Shown here in pieces: positions 55,019 through 64,000 of a DNA stretch of 64,000 nt (its first letter is position 1; each line of letters starts with the position of its first letter). The stretch covers positions 28,830,001 through 28,894,000 of the forward strand of contig NC_043012.1 in assembly GCF_006345805.1 (NCBI RefSeq), in the 5' to 3' direction. Source of the stretch: Octopus sinensis. Its lineage: Eukaryota. Below the pieces are notes generated by a model. That model was not told the DNA's origin. It searched no databases and was given only the letters and a program-made list of their open reading frames with translations. A program made the position numbers and the translations under genes.

Positions 55019-57165
55019 CGTTGCTCTTATGTTAAACTGTCGTATGTCCAAGTTGGCCAAATGCGTTCTTTTTTTCAATATTTATTTTGCTTGCAATAGC
55101 CGGTGTTATTTTCGTCAAACTATAGAATTTCCAGCTGCTTCAGATGCCAAGATATCAAAAATTGTCAAAGTGTAGCACAACGATTTTGCTATGGAATGGC
55201 GAAACTATATTTTCATTTTCTGAAAAAGCAACGTTTTAGACTTACGACACTTTTGCATATATATATATATATGTATATTATGTATATATACACACATATA
55301 TATACATGTGTGAGTGTGAGTGTGTGTGTGTGTGTGCATATGAATTCGTACATATGCGTGTGTGTGTGCCTGTATGTGTGTATGTTGAAAGAGAAAAAGA
55401 AAAGAAAAATGGGTGTTGCAAACATTTGTATAATTAACAGAGTGAATTAAGTGCGGGAGGTTAAGGAGCATGTCTAAAACCTGGCAAGTGAAAATAAATG
55501 AATGAGTGAAAGATGAGACAATTGGATTGGTTTACAGCCTACTTGAGACATCTATTTAAATCTGTCTCCAGCTTCACTGATCTTCCTGATATCTGCTGTA
55601 GAAAACTACTAATCAATGAGAATCAAATTTCCGATTATCGTCCTCTAAGATTACATTCTTTCTCACTGGACTAGCTGACATCAGGTCTGAGTATGGACTT
55701 TTTCTGGCCCAAGGCTGTTGTGTGAATGATGGTGGTGGTGGTGGTGCAGAGAGTGGGAGGTAAGAGTCATGAGTGTTGCTTGTTCGGTGGTGAATTTATT
55801 GTCTACTTTAATTGCGAGTTAGAGGGTGGCTTGTCAAGGGAAATTTGAAATGAAAATCAAGAGAATATGGTAGATTGAAGACATAGATAGACAGAGTAAT
55901 AGAAGATGACTGGCGTAACACAACTAAGTATCATGACTTGCCGCACTCAAATACACAAACACACTCATACAGACACAAGCGCGCACAAATAAGTACTCTG
56001 AACTCCAATATGTTATACAAAAATAATCGTGATTTCAAACAGTCAGATACATACACACATACACATTAACACGCATGCACTCACATAAGCACACACACGA
56101 ATACATACGCACAGATACTTACAGACACATATACATAGATACAAACACATACAGAAAGAGACACATAATTTTAAAGCATGTTATAGAAAAGTATCATGAC
56201 TTGATATTTTCAAATATGCACGAAAACCATCCTACTCAAGATCTCACGCACATATAAACACCGGCAACAGAAATAACATTAAGCTTTTAATATTGTTATC
56301 GTCGCAAGTTATTTGATCAAGTCAATAACAACCAGAAACATTTTTTGCAAATGCCCATAATAACACACATATAAAACACGCATATAAAACATTAACAACC
56401 CTCTAATAGCAGAGGGTTGCTATTGTCTTTATGTGTCTATTTAGCCATAAAGAGCGGAATAGGGTTACGGGGAAAGTGAGAGCTTTACTGTTTCTTCTAG
56501 TACGCAAATACATACATAGAGGTGTATAATCGTACATATACATACATACATACAAACATACATACATACATACATACATACATACATACATACATACATA
56601 CATACATACATACATACAAAAATACCCTGTTGGTTGTTGGTGTTGAAATTCTAATGAAGGAGCTTTGGATCTAGGCTAGAAACCGGTTCTTTCCCAATTG
56701 GCAACAAATCTTGTAATAAATTGAATAATGACATACATATATATATAAATATATATATATTTATGCATGTGTATTTGTGTATGAATGTGTAATCATATAT
56801 ATATATATGTGTGTGCGTGTGTGTGTTTGTGTGTGTATGTATATATAGGTAAGGAAAAATTAAAGAGGTGAACTCTTTTCAAGAAACAACAGCGTAGGAC
56901 TCAATCTATGGGCGATTAAAGTATTAATTATAAGGAGACAAATTTCAAGGTCAATAATATATTTCGGGGGCTAGATAAACGCATAATTTTTTTAAACTTT
57001 TTTTTTTGTAATTTTCTTAGTTGTACACTATGAATGTTTGTTCAATGACCTGGAATCCCGGAATTTATGCAATTTTTGTACTTGTGTAAAAATTCCAACA
57101 GCTTAAATATATTCTTACATTGTCATGAATAATTTTATGATTTTATTTCAAATTCTGAATCTGTA

Positions 57166-57260
57166 AATATTCTCTGATGAAGGAAATGTGGATTACTGAA
57201 GTTGAAAAAATTTACCTGCACACTTCTTCACACATTCCCAGAAACGGCCGTAAGATTCTT
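57166..57260 (+). ncRNA. Type I hammerhead-ribozyme-like motif (Penelope-associated type), probably decayed
   Basis: CTGATGA at 57174, stem II ggaaatgtg / cacattccc, GAAA, C-GGCC-G mini stem III, GTA cleavage triplet, partial stem I. Confidence 0.55.
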
Positions 57261-57413
57261 TTGTATGTATTGGATTCGTTTGAGGACTTCCCTTTTGGAT
57301 TATTGTGAACTGCCATCTCATCAACTCGTGACTTTTTGGTTTGTCTGTATGTATTTATGCAATTCTTTATCCGACTTTAATTTGGGCACGGAATTACACT
57401 ATTATATGTATAT

Positions 57414-57474
<61 letters not shown>

Positions 57475-57566
57475 ATATAGGATAAAATTTTTTTCGGGAA
57501 AAAAATTTTTCTCAATGGCCAGCATATCAAAATATGCCTTTAAAGGTAAAATCTATACATAATTTA

Positions 57567-57959
57567 CAAGATAAGAGCAGAAGAAAAATTCTACTGCCAA
57601 ATGTGCCGAAACAAAAAATTGTCGATAACCATTATAATTTATGCGTCTCGAAACAAACCGATAGAAATCTCTAAAAAATTCGTTATTACCGTATTGGTCC
57701 AATTTCGGGGTTAATTCATAAGAAATGGTCCCCTCTTCAGCGGCAAATACGCGAGATATAAATGAAATACTTACTCATACCCATGGAAAAGCAAGCACTA
57801 AGTCCCGAGCAGACTTAAGTACCCCAAATATATCCACGGTAATAACGAATTTTTTAGAGATTTCTATCGGTTTGTTTCGAGACGCATAAATTATAATGGT
57901 TATCGACAATTTTTTGTTTCGGCATATTTGTCATTAGAATTTTTCTTCTGCCCTTATCT

Positions 57960-57961
<2 letters not shown>
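57567..57961. mobile_element. 395-bp MITE with 126-bp TIRs and TA flanks
   Basis: 57567-57692 versus 57836-57961, about 4 mismatches; TA|caagataag ... cttatcttg|TA. Confidence 0.88.
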
Positions 57962-57997
<36 letters not shown>

Positions 57998-58183
57998 ATA
58001 TGTTCGCATATTTATAATGGTTTATATATACTCTCTGTGTTTAGACGTGTGTCGGCTTTCATGAGGAGTATTATTGACCTTGAAATTTGTCTCTTTCTAA
58101 TTAATACTTGAATATATATATATATATTTTATTTTTTGCCTGTTTCAGCTTAGAGCTGCGGCCATGCTGATGCACCGCCTGGC

Positions 58184-58950
58184 CTAAATACCCGGCGTTG
58201 CTCGGTAGTTTAAAGAATGTTAAAGGAAATAAAAACACATATTCTGATATAAATATTTTCAGAAGAATTCTATCGGATGATGTGAGTATAAACAAAGTTA
58301 TCAAAACAAATTCTGAAATGAATCACAGTTTAATTTTGTAGAACTTTTAAATATACAATGTTTTCAGTGTATCCTTTAAATGGTATACACATAAAAATAG
58401 TTTTGGGACTTCCAGCTCGCGAACATCCTTTGACTGGATGGAAATGCCTTCTAGAAGAACCATAAGAGGTTGAAAAGGAGCTGGTAGTGCTGGCATTGTT
58501 ACCTGGCCGCCTGAGCAGCACATACCATTTGTTTCATTTGAAAATTTGAAAGCTCTACAGAAAAGAAAATTTGTACTTAGCGCACCAATCTGGACAGAGT
58601 TATCATTTTTATAAAAATGGGATGGATCGTATCTGAAAACAGATTCAGGAGTTGTGAAGAACGAATTTGTACGTAGTCTGTTTCTGAGAGCTATTCTATT
58701 GGACCTCTGTCTAATCATTAAAACATTGATTTAATGATCCAGCATCAAGTGTTGCAACATGCATTTACTGATGTCGAGAAAATCTCATACAGCTTCTCTC
58801 TTCATACCCTCGCGTTCGGTTTTCTACAATCCTCTTTGCTTCATCCTTGTTTCTGGAGAGATTAAGTCCTTTCTTTCGTGGCATATTTACCCCAATATTG
58901 TAAACAAAAAAATATGAACTTAGAAAGAAATTATACATTAATCCCTACTT
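58184..58950 (-). mobile_element. Internally deleted Helitron: RepHel N-terminus joined to 3' hairpin
   Basis: ATG at 58884 gives MPRKKGLNLSR; later FRYDP..VQIGAL..FCRAFKF.NETNGMCCSGGQVTMPALP; hairpin accgagcaacgccgggt at about 58190-58206. Confidence 0.82.
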
Positions 58951-59699
58951 TTGTATGCAGTTGTATCCGTAAAATATTTATTTGAAGAAAGCAGAAATTA
59001 AAAGAAGAGAAAGCGAAAAGAATAAAGAAAGAAAGTGAAAGATGTATGTACGTGTATATGAAATGGATGTGTGTGTGAATGCGTGCGGGCTTGTGCGTGT
59101 GTATGTGAGAGAGAAAGAGGGTGAGAAAGAGAGATAGAGTGAGTGAATGAAGATGTCTGTCGTGATGATTGATGTCTTTTAAGGTACACACACATATAGA
59201 AAATGTGACGTAAGATTATAAAATTTTTACGAAAGTTGATTTATGGAAAAGATTATGTTAAACTTTTGAAATTCAAATATGTGAATGAAAATTAAGTTTA
59301 ATAGTTGCCAAAATAGCACTGAATCTTTTGATAACCCATACGTCAAAATCTGTAACTCGGTTTTCGAAAGTATAAGGAATATATAATATCAATGAGGCAG
59401 ACCTCTACATGGTAGCTAGACCTGGTAGAAATAGCAGCCAAATCTCCCTCAAGACACCCTACCGTCTTAATCCAACAATTCTGCCTATTATGTAATTTTA
59501 ATGAGAAACTGTTTTTAAAGATTAAGATTGTTAACCCCACAGAGAGAGGAAAGAAGAGAGACAGCATAGGAACGGTTTTGGCTGACTGTCCTCCTGTACT
59601 CCCCTTGTTGCTAGCGAAATGGCATGAGCCGGCTGTCTGAGCATCTGGTTGTATTAATGGCGGAACAATCAGGACAGGGATATTACAAAAATAGTGATT

Positions 59700-59850
59700 C
59701 TCACTTTGAAACTAAACGAATTTGAAAATCTTCTTAGATTACAGAACACCCCGATCTGTCATGTATCCATGTTTAAAATTTCAGCGCGATCGGATGAACA
59801 ATATTCGAGTTATAAGCGCACAAACAGACAGACAGACCAAAAAGATTATA
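59700..59850 (-). mobile_element. Helitron-like 5' end fragment
   Basis: (GTCT)n start followed by ccgatcgcgctgaaattt, resembling 10590-10650. Confidence 0.4.
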
Positions 59851-59866
59851 TATATATATATATATA

Positions 59867-59909
<43 letters not shown>

Positions 59910-59945
59910 TATATACATACATACATACATACATACATACATACA

Positions 59946-59976
<31 letters not shown>

Positions 59977-60514
59977 CTTATTCTTTTCTTTTGCTTATTT
60001 CAGTCATTTGACTGCGACCATGCTGGAACAGTGCCTTTGGTCGGACAAATCGACCCCAAGACTTATTCTTATCCTATCGGTCTCTTTTTCCGAACCGCTA
60101 CTCCTCCCTGTTTGTGTCTTCAGGGAATAGTAAAAACAGTCTCTTCTATTTTTTGATTATTATTAATCTTTCGATGAGGAGAGATGTCAATTTAACCCCA
60201 AGCAACGGAGTAACTTTTACTGATGAAGGTTAATTCATTCCAAAACCATCGATGATCTGACAGTCCTCGCTGGCTGTTGGGAGGTTGTTTCCCTCGTCAG
60301 TCAATAAGTACTTTGTCCGTGTCTAAGAGTTGTTTTGACTCTTATTTCCCACAATACTGGTGCTGATTTGCACCCTCAGTCACTTTAGTGATGTTTGTAC
60401 TTATATATATATATATATAATGTCAATAAATGAAAATGGAGAAGAAAAATTGAAAAGATGCTTAGTTCATTTTATTTGTATTACAATTGGAAAAGTAATG
60501 CAAATTAAGAGATT

Positions 60515-61930
60515 AAAAGATATACCTATAAGAACAAGTATGAAAGGAACCACATCAACAAATTAACCCCAAAATTTGCTAAAATATATTCTACATATGT
60601 TTCAATATAACAATATTTTAGAATCAACAATAATTCTAACTTTTAAAGATGTAATAAGCGGTATATTGTTAGATTTCCTCAGAAAAAGTAAGTATATTTT
60701 AGACTTGAGTTACGAAATGACTTATTTGAGACTATGTTTAGGAAAATGAAAGACGCAGAATTCATGTGATTAGAAATTTATTGTTTAAAATTTGAACGTT
60801 AAAATTGAACTTTAAAATGCTACTAAAGCATCAAATTTATTTGAAAAAATATATATTTATTATATTTATAAAGTTTTGTGTTAGGGAGGTAGAAAGACGG
60901 ATGTAGCTTATCGTTAGGGTAGTAATATATTATAATTATAATGGGAAATGTAAATAAAGATTGGATGAATAACATTGGTGTTATTTAGAGAGGATATAAT
61001 TTCCAGTTTTCGAAGAAAAAATATGTTTTGTATTTAAAATATAAGGTGTATAAAAATTATATAATAGTCTCTTACGAAATGTTGCTAAATGCTAGAGAAA
61101 TTAAAAGCGGTGTTACAGGATAAATTCCCTAGGTCAAAATTTGAGTAACTAGTGATCTCCCTTTACTTCATATATATATGTAATCATGAGTAAAGGCGCA
61201 TGGATCAGTGGTTAGAGCGTCGAGCTTACGAACGTGATGTTGTGAGTTAGATTCCCGGACTGTCGTGTTCTTGAGCAAGACACTTTATTTCACGTTGCTC
61301 CAGTTAACTCAGCTGTAGAAATGAGTTGCGACATCACTGGTGCCAAGCTGTGTCGGCCCCCTTATCTTTCCCTTGGATATCATCAGTGGCGGCTGGTATG
61401 CATGGGCAACTGCTGGCCTTCTATAAACAACTATGCCCGGACTTGTGCCTCGGAGGGTAACTTTCTAGGTGCAATCCCATAGTCATTCATGGCCGAAGGG
61501 GGTCTCCTCCTCGTGTGTAATCATGTCATTCGATATTTTAAAAATGAAAAATAGCTTAGTTTAAATTGTATATTTATATACTGAAATATATTAGAAGTAC
61601 CAATAGTCATAATTGCGTGATTATGATATTTTCTAAATATAAAAACAAACGATAAAGCCTTCAAAGTACAGCATTTATGTAGAAATTGATCTCTTAATAA
61701 TAATTAATACTTATATTTATACTTCTATATATTTATATTTATATATTGGTGCTAAATATGGTTTATATAATGATTGTTATAATAAATAATTGTACTATTA
61801 TCAATTATTTGTTATTTAAACTGTGGGTTATATATGTGTTCTTAATATAAAAAAGGTTAAGTGTTTGAGTATGGAATATGATGATAAAATCCAATATACA
61901 AGTTATTAATTACTTCTTATACGACGTATA
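60515..61930 (+). pseudogene. cob: Cytochrome b NUMT relic
   Basis: gac ttg agt tac gaa..tga ctt att tga (DVNYGWLIR-like, 60702), acagga..ccctaggt (TG..NPLG, 61115), gat..cct tta..cat (D.IPFH-like, 61154), tga tat ttt cta (WYFL, 61624) in invertebrate mitochondrial code. Confidence 0.6.
61195..61507 (+). mobile_element. tRNA-headed SINE family D inserted in the NUMT
   Basis: A box tggatcagtgg, B box gagttagattccc; tail fragment also at 9160-9225. Confidence 0.85.
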
Positions 61931-62549
61931 CACACACTCGTACACACACACATATATATTTATCTACATACATAATACATACATACATACATATATATAT
62001 ATATATATTATATATATATATATATATATATTAATATTTAATTAAATATTAAAATAATTTTTTAAGCTATTTTTTATATTCATAAATATCTCTAATAGTT
62101 GACTTTGTTCTATTATTGTTTATATATAGCTATTTTCAATTGATAATTTGTAGTAGTATTTTTCGTTGATAAATATATTCGTAGTTTTTATTGGATACTA
62201 TATAACTACGGATTGATAATTTCATCGTATAAGTATTTAGGTGTTGAAGATATCTATTTCATTATTTCATTATTAGTTCTTAACTATACGGTTTTTGTAA
62301 GTTATTAATTAGCCAACGAGATATATGGATCGTTAAATAGTTATAGGGTTCTTTTAAGATAGTTTATTTGTTTACAATTTGCATTTTCATCTTTAATCTT
62401 TTAATATTTAATATATTTCATAAGTAATAATGAATAATTAATTTATTTAGTATTTTATTATACGTATATATATTTATTGATAGAGATAATTTTAGATCTT
62501 AATTTTTATATTTATATATATTTATTGATAATTTTGTTATTACTCAAAT

Positions 62550-63410
62550 ATTTTATAATTATTTGATTTGAACTTAAATTTAATAATATGAATAGTGATT
62601 TTTTTTTGTTAAATAATTAGGTAATTAGATGTTGACTATAACTGAGATTAGGTTATTCGTGAGTTTATTATGTTTTTTAAAGCCATATTATATCTGAATA
62701 GATAAATACATTTTCTATCAATTCTTACTTTAAAAAATTAATTTTGAACATTATAATCGATTGTATGACATAATCATAATCGTTAAAGTTTATAGTTTGA
62801 TAATAGAGTTTTTTATAAGAAAAATTATTATTTTATTTATTTCTTTAAAATATTGTTTAAATATATTTGCTTATTTATTTAACTATTATCTTTAACCTGA
62901 AGATTGATTATAACCATAATTCGAATTATTAATTGAATTTAAATTATTGTAATTCGAATTAGGGTATGAGCATGAAACGTACGTAGTGGTTTTACTTTTA
63001 TCTTATATTAAGCATTTTAATACTTTTGATAGTTATATATATTAAAAAGAAATTATTAAAAAATTATAAATATAAATTAATAATTTTAATTTTAAATTTA
63101 AATAATTTAAATTTTTAAATTTTATATTTTATATATTTTGTATATTATATTAATTATTTTTATTTTTATGTTTTGGTTTATATTTTTCATTGTTTGATTT
63201 GCCTAATAGTGGTTTTATCTCCAATTTAATTCATATATATATATATATAATATATATATATGTTCACTAAAAGTGAAGGTTAAATGGATAATATAGTTTG
63301 CGATGATGTAAAGTTTAGGTAAAAATTGGGCATAGGTGAGTTACATGGAGTATAAGTAAGGTAGGGGTTAACAATGGGTGTGATATGTGTTAATGTAATT
63401 ATGGGATTCA
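62550..63410 (+). pseudogene. nad4: nad4 NUMT relic
   Basis: ttc gaa (FE, 62920), ggg tat gag cat gaa (GYQPE-like, 62962), cat..tga..cct aat (HLWLPK-like, 63188), aag tt(t)a ggt (KLG, 63311); G-to-H spacing about 75 codons versus about 76 residues in vertebrate ND4. Confidence 0.6.
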
Positions 63411-63419
63411 ATATAAAGA

Positions 63420-63468
<49 letters not shown>

Positions 63469-63475
63469 CTATCTA

Positions 63476-63574
<99 letters not shown>

Positions 63575-63581
63575 TATATAT

Positions 63582-63920
63582 ATCACCTTGATCACCTTGA
63601 TCACCTTGACCGACCAGTCCGTCGGGCGCCCATTTGACACCGCTGGTCACAGCACGATGTCCACTCCTCTCTGGATCGCGCCTATCTCATCCACGTGATC
63701 CCAATCGTCCTCCTGAAATCGTAACTCCGCCGTCGTGGAGGCCTTCCGGGTGGTCATTTCCGCTCGCGCTGGTACCACTCGACAATTGCGCCGGTCCACC
63801 GATTATCGGTGAGCCGGGTGACGTGTCCAGCCCTTCTAAACTTGCTGCGTGTATACTCTGCGATGACATCCCTCACTTCATTCTGATGATCTCTCTACTG
63901 ATGTGCTCTCTCAACGAGAT
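63582..63920 (-). mobile_element. RTE-clade LINE 3' fragment with (TCAAGGTGA)n tail
   Basis: Minus translation RSKFRRAGHVTRLTDNRWT..VEW..RK*PPGRPPRR..GITWMR*ARSREEW, the classic RTE C-terminus. Confidence 0.88.
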
Positions 63921-64000
63921 ACCAAGCATTGACCTACATATATGTATATGTATATATCTATATCTATATCTATCTATCTATGTATCTATCTATCTATCTA

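Larger units (their letters stand above)
60420..63410 (+). other. Ancient decayed NUMT (nad6 end?, cob, trnS2/trnT/nad4L not resolved, nad4 5' part)
   Basis: cob and nad4 motif relics at near-correct spacing, T/G-rich sense strand, order matching cephalopod mtDNA; interrupted by a SINE and microsatellites. Confidence 0.65.

Noticed and set aside
62170-62550. nad4L, trnS2 and trnT within the NUMT
   Set aside because: Expected from gene order, but I could not identify them at consistent positions.

Overview
AT-rich, microsatellite-dense animal genomic DNA with no intact host protein-coding gene, rRNA, tRNA gene or CRISPR array that I can support. The SINE types, the microsatellite load and the gene order of a mitochondrial insert suggest an octopus or other cephalopod; this is an inference, not a database match. 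The window is mostly decayed transposons: Tx1/L1-clade, R4/Dong-clade and RTE non-LTR retroelements, Penelope-like elements with hammerhead-like motifs, two Tc1 elements, a full-length Buster-type hAT, Helitrons, MITEs and at least four tRNA-headed SINE families. Most listed ORFs are microsatellite translations or antisense frames of these elements. Top observations: (1) a Tx1-like LINE whose four outer junctions all abut (TATC)n in the same orientation, suggesting strand-specific GATA-microsatellite targeting, with one locus looking like a template-switch chimera; (2) an old, heavily decayed NUMT at about 60.4-63.4 kb with cob and nad4 motifs at near-correct spacing and in cephalopod order; (3) a SINE and an RTE LINE fragment sharing one 3' tail; (4) tentatively, up to four decayed secretin/adhesion (Methuselah-like) GPCR relics, all on the minus strand. 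All alignments were done by eye, and coordinates of decayed elements are approximate.
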